From positions 53,999,947 to 54,063,946 of the forward strand of contig NC_068999.1 in NCBI RefSeq assembly GCF_001194135.2: a stretch of DNA of 64,000 nt. Direction: 5' to 3'. The stretch comes from Octopus bimaculoides (Eukaryota). Positions 39,781-54,318 of this stretch are shown one piece after another (positions within the stretch are counted from its first letter, which is position 1; every line of letters starts with the position of its first letter). A model generated the notes under the pieces. That model was given only the letters and a program-made list of their open reading frames with translations. It ran no database searches and was not told the origin of the DNA. The translations under genes and the position numbers were made by a program.

Positions 39781-41689
39781 AAGCTGACCATAACCAACCA
39801 GTCACAAGAGATGGAACAAGTACAGTAACTACATATGGCCAAGCACCTTAACTGCCCAGTTCTTTGAAAGGGGAACAAAGAATTGATGGAGTTTGCAGAC
39901 CTGGCAGAATTGTTAGCATGCCAGACAAAATGATTAGTAGCAGTTCTTACAGCTATATGTTCTGTGTTTAATGCCACTGAAGTTGACTTTGTCTTTTATT
40001 ATTTCGGAGTTGATAAAGTACCAGTTGAGCACTGGATTGATGTAATCGAATAACCCCTGCATTTTTATTCTGAGCCAGAATTAGAATGCTTAGTGGTATT
40101 GCTGATCTCTAACAGTGGAGGGAACCTGTGGAAGAGGGAGACCCAGGAAGACATGGGATGAGGTGGTGACGCATGATCTTTGGATGTTGAGTCTCACGGA
40201 AGTGATGACAAGTGCTCGAGACTTTTGGCGATTTGAGAAGATTCGTCAAACCAAGTGAAATTGTAGTCGTGGACAGCCAATGACATGTAAAAGGCACCCA
40301 CTACACTCTTGGAGTGGTTGGTGTTATGAAGGGCATCCAACTGCAGAAACTAAGCCAAATCCGACTGGACTCTGGTACAGCTCTCCAGCATACTAGTTCC
40401 AGTTCAAACTGTGTAACCCATGCTAGCATGGAAAATGGATGTTAAATAATGATGATTTACATTTTAGATTCAAATTCCACTGAAGTCAACTTTACCTTTC
40501 ATTCTTTTGGGATCGATAAAATAATTACCAGTCAAATACTTGCATTGATATAATCAACTTCCCCTCTCTTCAAAAAACTACTGGTCTTGTGCCAAAATTT
40601 GAAACCATTATCATTCTTCTTATTATTATGAGATACTTTGTTATATTTAGTTTCATCCGTCCAAGTTCTGAGTTCAAATCCCAGATCTAAAATACCGGGT
40701 TTCATTTATTCGACGTTATCCACACCTCCGCTAAATTTCTGGCTTTTAGGGTGTACATTGTCTTATTTTGGAAAATATTTTCAATTTCATGTTTTGTTTT
40801 TGTTGCTCTTGGAGCAAAAGAAAAAAGAAAAAGACATTGCTATCTTTATTTTCATACTTAGCATCATCATAATCGTCATCTTCACCACACGCACACACAC
40901 ACACTCCTACTCCTCCCACCGCTAACATTTATCGTAATCTTCGTCGACGTCGTCATCAACACCCCTTCTACCACCACCACCACCAATAACGACATCAACC
41001 AAGAAGCTTCGTAATTGTCATCGTCGTCATCCATTTACTCAAGTCGCTTTCATGTTGTGTCTTATTTTGTTTTACATTTAACTTGCCAGAGAAGTGGTGA
41101 CGTCTGTCTGATTTAGGTGTTGCAGAGACCTTAACACACTTAATGATGACAGCTGAGGGTGATGTGGGTGAAGGACTTGCTTTGGTGCATCACCGCATCG
41201 TCACTCATTCGTTCAGCTGCAGGCATCAATTTGCCAGGTGGCGTGTCATTGCTGTGCTGGTTTGTATCATCCCGACTTACGCATACAGTCGGCTGGACAC
41301 TTGGCCGCACACTAATTTTATTCTGAGTATATGTGTATATGTTTCGGCGTTTTCTTATTCAGCCTCAGTATGTATATGTGTATTTGTTTGTATGTGTGCT
41401 TTTCTCGTGTGTGTGTGTGTGTGTGTTTATAATTGTATTATGTGTGTACGTATATATTTTTGCTTCTGCCTCTGTGTATGTGCGCGTTCGTGTGGGATGA
41501 AACGGGGAGAGATAGAATGTAGAACACAGTGACATTGTTAATACAAACAGAACATTACATCTAACTCATTGTTGTCACCTTACATAAGACGAGATTAGGA
41601 AAACACACATATATATACTTCTCACTTGCGCATACATATACACCTCATTCTCTTTCTCCTTTACGTGCGCGCGCGCGTGTATATATGTG

Positions 41690-41763
<74 letters not shown>

Positions 41764-42742
41764 ATATATATATATATATATATCTATATATATATCCCTC
41801 GCTAACACAACATACGCACGCATCCTTTTGTTCTTTGTCTTTTCATTCACCCACCCCGACACACGCACATGCAAACACACACAAACATATGCATTACCCA
41901 GTCCCTTTTTGTTTCACTTTCTCTCTTGAATGTATGCAGATTTACCCCAAACACTGCACCCTCTTTCTGTCTTTCACCCACCCCTGTCTGTGTTTGTGTC
42001 TCTCCTTTTATCTCTCACAGATATTTCTAGATATACACACACCAACAACACATTAACAAGCGAATGCACCGACACCAGACTGAGTACGCATGCACATGTT
42101 CATATGTATGTGTGTTCGCATTATAAAACATGATGTGGAACAGATACACACAGTATATGTATGTGTTTTGTGCACACGCACACATCGATGTTCAAATTTT
42201 ATCTTTCAAATTTATTAGTCAGCAGACAAATTATTAGTGACAGTTAATTTGTCTAATAAACTAAATAGCCACAACGAAAGGTTAGAAGGTTGACTGACGC
42301 AACTTCAAATTAAACTCTTTAAATAGCTGCACCTTAAATTTTAGCTGAAATACCAGTTTGACGCAGTTGTTTAGCCCTGATCCACGGCGTGCCAGCAATG
42401 ACCACCCTGTCTTTTTTCATTTGGGTATATTAAGTCTAGAACTATACTGTCTCATCTAATGTGTCCTTTCATCATATTACTGTATGTTAACCTAGGTCCA
42501 CTCTCAGCCGTGACCACCCTCTTTGCATCTTGGACTACGTTATCTAATACGATCTTTATTGGTATTGCCGTTTAACCCTAGGTTAGTCTTAACCCAGTAG
42601 ACGTTCCAGTTGTAACCCCCCCCCCCTGTCTTATTCAGAAATACTGCATTGGGTTCAACGTTATTGGAAATATACTTGACTTTTTTAAGACAGTGCAGCA
42701 GATTTGGCTGCTATTTTTGACAAATCAATTGGCGATCTAGTG

Positions 42743-43107
42743 CAGTGGTTCTCAAGCGGGGTCCATATAAGACTTTGGTGGGGACCCACGCTAGCAAATT
42801 AGTAAATTAGGAATCAACAGTAGTATTTTAAGGGCCCACAGGAAAAAGATTTTGCTTTAGATGTATTTACTGCAAGAAACAGCCAGGTTTCTTTCTCTAA
42901 AGTTTGACATAGTTTTAACATGCTTCTGGCAACTGAAACTTGCTCTCTGAGAGACTTCTATTACAAACCTATACAAGTGAACGTGTGAAAAACAAAACTG
43001 GATTTTTGAAATCACTAGCTTTTAAACATTGAATGGCCATGGGGGTCCACAAGAATAAAATAGTTATCAAAAGGGTCTATAGGTAAAAAAATGGTTGAAA
43101 ACCACTG
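42743..43107. mobile_element. hAT (Charlie-like) MITE, 365 bp
   Basis: TIRs cagtggttctcaa / ttgaaaaccactg (12/13). Flanks atctagtg and (a)ttctagtg approximate an 8-bp TSD resembling the NTCTAGAN Charlie target. Confidence 0.8.
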
Positions 43108-43859
43108 ATTCTAGTGGTTTTCCTCTTAGATTGTAGTTATTTTTTTATCCCTAGGTCAAAGACATTCCAACCATCTTTTTCTTATAAGGAGTTTCTATAT
43201 ATAAAAATAATTCAGAGACATACCCTTGTTATCTCAAGGATTATATTGTTGATGATGGTGGTGGAGGTGATGGTGGTGATAATGGTAATGGGAACGATGA
43301 GGATAACAATGGTGATGATGGTGATGGGTACTGACAATGGGTGGTGATATTGAGAATATGATGATGGTGGAGGTAGTGCTACTGCCCTTGATGATGATGA
43401 TGATGAAGATTCACTGCACTGTATAAGATGCCATCTACGTGTGATAATATTTTCCAGATAACTTACAAGACAGCCTAAACAGAAAGCATAGAAAAGTTGT
43501 AGAAATGAATTTGCTAATGTTTAGTCACAAATTAACACCAATTGAAAGTCTATATCAATTGGTATCCTGCCTATGATCATCCTGTTTTTCTCTTGGCCAT
43601 TACATTATATTGTCCAATGTGTTTCTTTTTAAGGTGCTAGGGTGTAATTTGAGTACCTTCCTTGGGAATTTTCTTTTCTATTGATTCTCAAAAGTTGAAA
43701 GACAAATTTGACCACAACAACATTAGAACTAAAAATGCAGAGAATTACAACAAAATCTGTGTGGTAGTTTATATGATTTACTGCTTTGAGCCCAATCCAC
43801 CAAACTGTGATTTACCAGTTCTGTGGTCAAATCGTCTGCAATTGATGAGAGCATGAACT

Positions 43860-44480
43860 TCCATTGCCGCTATCACTTCACCAACCACTACATCTTCACT
43901 AAATATGGGTGATGCTCAACTAAAACCCTCACTGCTGATTCAAAAGTTGGGCTTCACTATCATGGAGGATCTCTCCAAGTAAAAGTACATTCTTAGTATA
44001 GTGAGAACAGCATCCTAAAGACTGGCCCTTCTCTTTAGGGTGAGAAGTTATTTCACTCTCCAACAGCTGCTGACATTCTACACGGCTCAAGTGAGGCCGG
44101 GATTGTTGGTGTTACACACACAGACATCCTGGACTGCATCAACAGAAGAGCCACTCAGCCAATCAATATTCAGTTACTAATAGGCATACTCGAGCCTCAA
44201 GACCACATGCATGCGGTCTCCTCTCTGACTTTCTATCACTACTATAATGGCACCTATTCTTTGGAGCTGGTTAGTATCATATCACCACTACTCAGGCATC
44301 CCTGACTCACTTGTCTTTGCACCTCTTGCTGCATCTAATCATCACACCCTACACAAACCCTTTTTCCCCAATTATTCATTGCCAAAACATTGATCTCCTT
44401 GAACCCTCTCTTGACTCATGTCTATCTGCAGGTGTCAGCCTACAACAGTTTGAATTGAACATTAATGGTATCAAACTAAC
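43860..44480 (+). mobile_element. CR1-group (L2/Crack-like) LINE 3' remnant
   Basis: YILSIVRTAS*RLALLFRVRSYFTLQQLLTFYTAQVRP (from 43986) and ILDCINRRA...LEPQDH...SSLTFYHYYNGTYSLEL match the post-RT region of this group. Confidence 0.75.
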
Positions 44481-45854
44481 TGGTCTTGAAGGGCCTACAA
44501 AGTCTTAAGCAATGTGCCTTCTTCCAGTTTTAATAAAGGACATCAAGGAAAGGATATATATCACTAATTTTTTAATACTACTGGATTTACGGTATTCGTC
44601 CTAATTTTGGGACTGCCATGTTGGCTTGGCGATAACTATGAATTTATAGTTGTTTTTGTTCTTTAATAAATAAAAATGTGTTGCCATTGTGCATATTTTT
44701 CTGTTGCCCTTGATTTAAGTAAAAAGGATTGCCTATATTTCATTTTTGTATTTGCTTTGCAAAGTTCTTTATGGCAAATCAGGTATTGAAATTCTATCTT
44801 GGAAACGCATGCACTAGTTCTATTTTGCTTCTTTTCCATAATAACAGTCAATTAATTTTATGGTTACAGGATGGGATTTGAACTCAGAATGCATAGAGCC
44901 AGAACAGAAACAAGCTATCCGATGCTATAACAGTTCTTTCAACCCACAACTCTGAACTAGTACTTATTTTATTGATCTCTAAAGTATGAAAGGTAAAGTT
45001 GTGTGTGTATGTATTTTCATACTTACATGCATATTTAAAAGCTCCTAAAGATATACTTCTATGTATGTATGGGTAAGTTTTTTTTTGTTTTACCTCAGTT
45101 CCTTGTATTGAAAGATATATTTGAGGTGTGGTAGCAATGTGTGAGTAATAACTTTTGAAGGCTCAATTGCTTTCTGTGAGGTCCCCTGACCTTGTTAACC
45201 TTATATTGAAGTTCACTGTTGTTGAATACTAATGCCTAGCTTTACTTGACCTGTCTATTCATTTATGACCTCTGTGGAATCTTTAAATCATGGGCTGTTT
45301 GGTCTCACTTACCCATCTATATAATTACTTTGGCTGAAAATTCATTTATATTATTTGCTTTTTCACTTTATTTTACTTTCTTTTCTCATTTCTTTGTGCT
45401 TTTAGTTTACATTAAAGATTGTCAATTCCCTAAATTTCTATCTGGTAGTTTACCTTATTTGATATGAAGCAATTTAATCTTTAACCTTTATTTATCCCCA
45501 CTTAAATCTAGATGTTCTGTTAGAACAAACTATACTGTGGTAGTTACCATGAGAGAACCTCTCATATTGGCTTTCAGTGCTAAATGCACTCTTGTTTATG
45601 TTGCCTCCCATGTTCAGACTACCAGATCCTGTGATTTTCACCTTTCTTGGTCTTAGTAATGATAGATGCTCAACAGCTAGAAGTAGCAGTGATTCGTCTC
45701 CCCGCCAATAATATGTGGAATAACGGTGCCAGAACAGGTCCTGGTATCATGATTAACCAGTGACCTTGTTTCTTTGATCCTTGATTCAAGAATCTTCATG
45801 TATGTGTATATATAGGTGCAGGAGTGGCTGTGTGGTTAGTAGCTTGCTTACCAA

Positions 45855-45893
45855 CTCAGTCGAGTTCCAAAGATAATCTGGAACTCGACTGAG
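45855..45893. repeat. Perfect 15-bp inverted repeat with 9-nt loop
   Basis: ctcagtcgagttcca-aagataatc-tggaactcgactgag. Confidence 0.95.
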
Positions 45894-46366
45894 GAAAAAA
45901 ACTCCAAATGACCCATCCTTGTTTTCTTTGTATCGTCTGCCTGGATGTTTTGTTGTCCCCTTTTTGTATTTTATATATATATATATATANNNNNNNNNNC
46001 AGTGGGACTGAACCGAGAACCATATGGTTGGTAAGCAAGCTACTTACCATGCAGCCACTCCTACGCCTATATGATACATTGATTATATATATGTGTGTGT
46101 GTGTGTGTGTGCGGCAAACCCTACATTTTTCCATCAAGGGCTTATATGCTCCAATATTAGACTATTTAACTTAGTCAATGCATGGTGATTGCTTATAAGC
46201 TTTAAGCTTATGGAGTGGTTGCGTGGTAAGTAGCTTGCTTACCAACTACATGGTTCCGGGTTCAGTCCCACTGCATGGAACCTAGGGCAAGTGTCTTCTA
46301 CTATAGCCTCAGGCCAACCAAAGTCTTGTTAGTGGATTTGGTAGACAGAAACTGAAAGAAGCCCAT

Positions 46367-46433
<67 letters not shown>

Positions 46434-47695
46434 GTGTGTGTTTGTCCCCCCACCATCGCTTCAGCAAAGAGACCAATAGAATAAGTACTAGGCTTACAAA
46501 GAATAAGTCNNNNNNNNNNTAGAATAAGTACTAGGCTTACAAAGTATAAATCGTGGGGTCGATTTGTTTGACTAAAGGCGGTGCTCCAGCATGGCTGCAA
46601 TCACATGACTGAAACAAGTAAAACAATAAAAAACTATGCCATTTTAATCCCGAGCATCTGTTAGTATATATGTATATATATGACAAGCTTCTTTCAGTTT
46701 CCGTCTATGAAATCTACTCACAAGGCTTTGTTTGGCCTGAGGCTATTGTAGCCCAAGGTACCATGAAGTAGAGCTGAACCTGGAGCCATGTGGTTGGGAA
46801 GCAAGCTTCTTACCACACAGCCATGCCCATGACATACATCCATATGTATATATATACACACACACACACACACATACATATATCTATATACACACCACAC
46901 ACACATACATACAAATCAAAATATGCAAGGGTCCAAAAGTATATACTGCAAGGAATTTTGTTGAACTCTCTTAAGGATTCTGTCAATCTATTACTGAAGC
47001 AGTGCAGTAAAAAAAATAGAATATAAACCAAGACAAAATGTTGAGTAACAGTCGCAAATATTTCTATCACTAAGCAGAATTCTGCTTCTAGAAATGACAT
47101 ATTCACAAGCCAACAAAGGGTTCAGTGGCCATCCGTTATGCTAGAAATAGCAGCTTAATCTTAATTGCATCATCACTAGATGCTGCCTAAAAACATAGGA
47201 CACATTGGTCAACATGATCTAAGAGACATGCTGTGTCTCTAAAAAAAAAAAGTAATGGTTTGATCATGGATGGTAGATATCTGAAACTAAGCAAGGACTA
47301 CTTCTACTACCACCATCACCACTGGCATATGCTGCTATTACTACTATAACACAAGTGGTTAAAGTAATAAGTATTCTGCTGTTTGGGAAGTGGTATAATG
47401 ATACTCCATGTAAGCACATCACTTGAAAAAACTGTCATTAACGAGGTCAAATTTTGGTTTTAACTAAGTTTATCTTTAGTGGCTGAACTAGCTGAAGGTC
47501 AGATCAAATACTTTGTGGTATTTAGTTACAGCCTTGGTTTTTTTTTTCTTTCAATTGAGGTTGATAACAGTATCAGTTATCCTTAGATCAAATCAATTAA
47601 CTAATGATACTCCTTGTAGGGTCAGAAATACATTACTGTCTATCATATGAAGGGGTCCTGTTAGGATTAAAGGGAGAACAAATTGTCATGTTTAA

Positions 47696-47900
47696 CCTTT
47701 TAGCATTCAAACCAGTCATATCTGGCCAAAATATTCTACCAGTTTCATATTCAAACTGGTCCTTCGCAACAACCCTACAACATCATTCTAAAAATTGTTA
47801 GCTCATCAAAATCACAAAGCTATGAGATAAAGCATGGTTTATACAAAACAGTATGAATAAATAATCATTAGTTTTAATGAAATAATTTGAAAAACATGGT
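47696..47900. mobile_element. Possible piggyBac-like MITE (TTAA-flanked)
   Basis: TTAA at 47692-47695 and 47901-47904. Left end ccttttagcattc; right end degenerate. A related end occurs near 59516. Confidence 0.4.
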
Positions 47901-48649
47901 TTAAACTCTTTTAAACTTGTCTATCACCATACCAAAGACAGAATTATGTAGATGCAAAGTAACTTTTTTCAAATTGACCATTTTGTTGATGTTTGTTGAA
48001 ATTCAGCCTTTTCTTTTTAGTTAATTTTGGAAATAATGCAGAATTTTGTATTATGACTTTGCCATTAATAAGCTGGTATGTGGAATTTCGAAGGAAGGTG
48101 TTAATTTAGATCACTTTAAGACAGGAAATCCATCATAGAACCCAGTAGGATGATATCAAAAGATTTAATCAAGAGGTGGGAAAGGACAAACTAGTTCACT
48201 ATTGTTTTTTTTTTTAGCANNNNNNNNNNNNNNNNNNNNNNNNNNNNNNNNNNNNNNNNNNNNNNNNNNNNNNNNNNNTTGAGAACAATTGGTTCAGAGG
48301 ACTATGGGAGCAAATACACCAGATCTCTATAGAACAGCTTCAGGAAACTATTTGTAGTCAGCACACCACTTCATCTAGTTTAACGTATCCCCCAGGGCCA
48401 CAGGCGCCTCTAGTGGAGTTCACTCTGTTGCTTGAAATCAGACCAGACTCTTGGTGGGTGGTTACAGTGCACCAGTACCCTCTTCACTTTAGATATCAAA
48501 CATTCAAACTAAGCCCACTGAACTATTTTCCCCTCTTCTCTTTCAACAGCCATACATTGATTCAATCTAGACCCCTCACAGAGTCTATATATATGTATAT
48601 TGGTCAGGAGAGCCAAGGAGGAACCGATAAGATCCTTCCCATAAACCTT

Positions 48650-49830
48650 GCTAAATTCATCTCAGAGACACTGTCCTCATATTAAACATGTAAACCACAC
48701 ATCCTGTTTCTCTCCAAGACACAAACCTCAGCCACTTACCTAGAATTTGTGTCTGCTGTCTGGGCTATATTCTTAATTCAAATTCACTGCAAAGAACAGT
48801 ATCTACATCTATGTAAATTCAACACTTTGTTACCTCCTCAGCCCCACTCCCCAACTATTTCTCTTTTTGCATTGAGGATGTCTCACCAAAATCATTGTTC
48901 TCGCTGATTTCAACACTTACATACTAAATGTAGAAAGTTTCTACACCAACCAACACATAGACTCAAATTCCCTCTGATCCCTTTCTTACCTGGGAAGTCA
49001 ACTTTTCCCTAAGCATCAGTCTATTGGGCCACCGACATATTCTATCCTCCATACAATGCAACACCCATGCCTACCAGACTGATATTTCAAGTCAGCTAAC
49101 TGGCTGGAACTCTGCCAATTTTATGGTAACTATTCCTACCAACATGGGCTTCACTCTTGACCCATTAGAATTAGGTGACTGAAACTATCCCTTCAGACAT
49201 GTCACTCTGCATTTCTCCTACACAACCTAGTCTTTCAGTAGTTGACTCATAGCCATCTGAACTTAAGGTAATGAACATGCTTTGAGAAAATCACTCATTC
49301 CTGGGATATTGATTTTTCTACCTAGTACCACAATTCTTGTGGGACATCACCTGAATTATGGAGTGCACACTGCATGGGCTACAAGCCTCCCACTTTTTTC
49401 TTACTCTTGTCAAAATAGCCAACAATTTAGAATACCACTTTCCTCCATTCCCAAATAACATCAAGGTGATAGCAATCTACACTTTTTCCCAGTCCATTTA
49501 ATTTCCCTGCCCCTTAAATGGCCTTTGGTCTACTCTGATTCCTTGTGGTTAGTCATTGGGCTCTAGTCCAAGAGAAAGTTGTTGACAAAGAAAAAAAGTA
49601 ATGTGCTGCTACCCTTAAAGTTTTCACCTGGATCTTGCACGGACGTCTCCTGTCAAAACAGCCCCTACAGGCTTCACTTGTCTCTTCTATTAGACGGCAT
49701 CACTCCAGTGTATGCTGATGGATCTGTCCCAACAGTCATCTTAGCAGTGTCCCAAGTTATATTCACTACAAATCGATCTACTTTTACTCTCCTGATTCTT
49801 CCCATCATAAGACTACAGCAGGTAAACTAG
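48650..49830 (+). mobile_element. Very decayed CR1-group LINE (endonuclease to RT) remnant
   Basis: Scattered motif traces: ADFN (cf. GDFN), ANWLEL..F..TIP, VYADGSVP..SSVPQ. Read by eye. Confidence 0.4.
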
Positions 49831-52377
49831 ACACTTCACACAAAATCTTAAATGTCACTCACTGATGGATGTCATACTAGTATCACCTGAAGACAGAATG
49901 ACATCGCAGCCACACTGTAACAGTGTCAAGCTCGCTACGTTATCACATCCGCATCACTAGCGAAGGCCCATTAGACTGGCTTTCCTTCTCAGTCCCAAGA
50001 ACTTATGTCGGTGAGCAGTGCTGAAAAGACGCACAAAGAATACTGTTACTAACCAATTGTCCACTCCAATACCCTTTACATATTACTCACTTCTGCCCTT
50101 TCGAAGGTCGACCAGCAACCATTTACTGTATTACCTCGAAGGGTCGGCACACAGCCTTTCTCCAGCCAAAAGTTACTGAAGTGTGGTAATACACACATCA
50201 GGTCTTTGCAGAACATTGATACCGGCTGGCTTTAAGAGTAACTTCAGATCAATGTATTGAAAGTTCGTTAATTTGCGAGGTAAACCTTTAGATTTCACCC
50301 CTCTCCAATTAAACATTAAAGTGAAAAGAATTTGCGTTTTACCTGTTTGCCTTAAATAATCATAAAACGTTTTCAGCCATTTAGCTTATCCGTGCATTCA
50401 TCTCGATACAACTATTTATTGAATTTAAAATTTTGAACGTTTCCTGAATATTCGGAATCTGTCAAAAACGGAAATGTCTGTGTGCGTGCGCGTGAGGTCG
50501 GTCCGCCAGAGAGGCAATAAACTTCGACCGCATTCTGCATAATGGAATGATAATGGAGAAAAAAAAAATCATACTTTTAAAATAGTCCGAATCTATCATT
50601 CGTTTCTCTTCGCAATTTAAGGGAAAGTTTTAACAATCCTGGACTTATTTTTTGCATGTGAAATGCCGCACCGTCCATCAACAATATTGACAGACAGCCG
50701 TACAGTGGGGCGACAGGCCAAATAGACAAAAGCCTTTTTTAAGAGGAAAAATGATGTCTTGGATACTTGTGACAGTCGCAACCGATGTGCAAGTTTTGGT
50801 AGAGATGGACTATATGTAATCTGAACCTTTATTAATTTTTTTTACGGAATCCCACGTTTTAGGCTATGGAGATTCCGATTCTGAAAAAAAATTGTTTGAA
50901 AAATTAAGTGATCAACACCACAACCGAACTTCCGCAAAATTTCTAACCACAATTAGAGAAAAGTGGTCACTTCCCTTGCTTGAAATAGCAGCCAACTCAA
51001 AATACTGCCCTGTCACGCGCGAATTCCTGAACGGCACGCCTAAACGCAACATCAAGAATCTCGCCTCCTCTTTCTCTTCGAAGGGTACCTGTGCCCGACC
51101 TAACCTGGGAATAGATGTACCATGTTCTACGGGCTGTATTTAAGGGAGAAAAAAAGCATGCAGGTGTGTTCTAGCCTGCGCCATCGTAGTTATCTAGGAA
51201 AAACGAATTTACACACAATGCGACTTATCGGAGTAGTGCAAATATCGTTACAATTGGATATAATTGTACAACCATCTAACAATTTGTTTCTCCCTTTCGC
51301 CTACAGACGTCAGTTACCAAAGAAGGAAAACCTGATTGCTGATAAGATCAAGCCAACATATCCATCAACTCAGTGAAAAATAGTAAACTTTTCGGGAAAA
51401 AGTTAGAGATACATAATCTTTCTAAGTCGCGTAGTGAACTACATCGTTCGCCACTCCCAATTCTCTGCCCGATCGTAGTGAAACCCATATTGTACGGACG
51501 CGAGCTTCTCGAAAAGAAAAGTCTCGGAGACTAGAGAATGGAGAGCAAAACCTAAAATATGAACAGCCAAATGACTAAATGTTCTTAAAGGCTCGGATGC
51601 CGTTGAAATGTAACTACGCCAAGTTAACATTCTAGACGTTAAGCATGCGGCCAGCAACTATATTCTGTAGAAATCAATTCTATGACAGCTAATAACCTCA
51701 CTGCTGGCGTGTATAATTCATAAATGCAAACGTCAAATTGCAGCATTTCAAAGCAATTAACTAGACGTACACGGGAAAACATCACCCAGAAGAAAAGAAA
51801 AAAAAGTGTAGATGCACTAATACTGGTCAGNNNNNNNNNNNNNNNNNNNNNNNNNNNNNNNNNNNNNNNNNNNNNNNNNNNNNNNNNNNNNNNNNNNNNN
51901 NNNNNNNNNNNNNNNNNNNNNNNNNNNNNNNNNNNNNNNNNNNNNNNNNNNNNNNNNNNNNNNNNNNNNNNNNNNNNNNNNNNNNNNNNNNNNNNNNNNN
52001 NNNACATAAAAAAATTAAACTCACCAAAATTCGGTAGCTGGCCTTCATTTAAAATAAAATCAAAAATACTAAGCCAAAGAATAGGTGTACGAAAGTTACA
52101 AACAGCAACCATTTTATTTTAAAACCAATACAAACTAATATTCTTTAAAAAAATGTAATATTAGCGAGATTTTTTTTTCTTTTTACTCGAACAGAATCTA
52201 AAAATCGAGTGTCGGGTTTGCTGCTGCTGCGAGGAAGCAACACTAGGACACATTTCCAGCCAAATGCTGACATATTAGAGACAGTTTGGTCTTACAAGTA
52301 AGGCCAAGATACAAAAAAGACGCAACTGACACAAGCAAAGTTCACAGTCACAAAAAAGAATGTACTATTATCGATTC

Positions 52378-52383
52378 TTTATT
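52378..52383 (-). terminator. Candidate polyadenylation signal (AATAAA) of beta-tubulin
   Basis: First minus-strand AATAAA, about 120 nt after the stop. A second lies at 52118-52113. Actual usage unknown. Confidence 0.55.
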
Positions 52384-52504
52384 CCTTTTACAACAGACGT
52401 TCACATTTTAAAAAGTCTCTCATTCACCCCACCCACCCAAAGAGGTCTGAAGCATTCAGACTGGAAAGACAGAATTAGAAACAGACAGTTCGAGATTAAA
52501 GTTA

Positions 52505-54251
<1,747 letters not shown>

Positions 54252-54278
54252 TTACTTGATGAAGCCGCAACGAAGATT

Positions 54279-54318
54279 TGAAAATAGCTCAGCAAACCAC
54301 GCCTTTTATACTGGGCGG
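54279..54318 (-). promoter_or_regulatory. Beta-tubulin core promoter: GC box, TATA box, probable initiator
   Basis: Minus-strand TATAAAA at 54310-54304, GGGCGG (Sp-type box) at 54313-54318, and TCAAAT initiator-like motif whose A (54279) is 31 nt from the first T of TATA. Implies a 5' UTR of about 60 nt. A CACGTG E-box lies further upstream at 54516-54521. Confidence 0.7.

Noticed and set aside
41156-41193. ggtgatg...catcacc stem as a possible pre-miRNA
   Set aside because: Only 7 perfect bp in a 37-nt span, too short and weak.
46478-46545. Duplicated agaataagtactaggcttacaaag inside a SINE
   Set aside because: Straddles a 10-N gap, so probably an assembly artefact.
52445-52461. 7-bp hairpin gtctgaa-gca-ttcagac in the tubulin 3' UTR
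   Set aside because: Too short to distinguish from chance.
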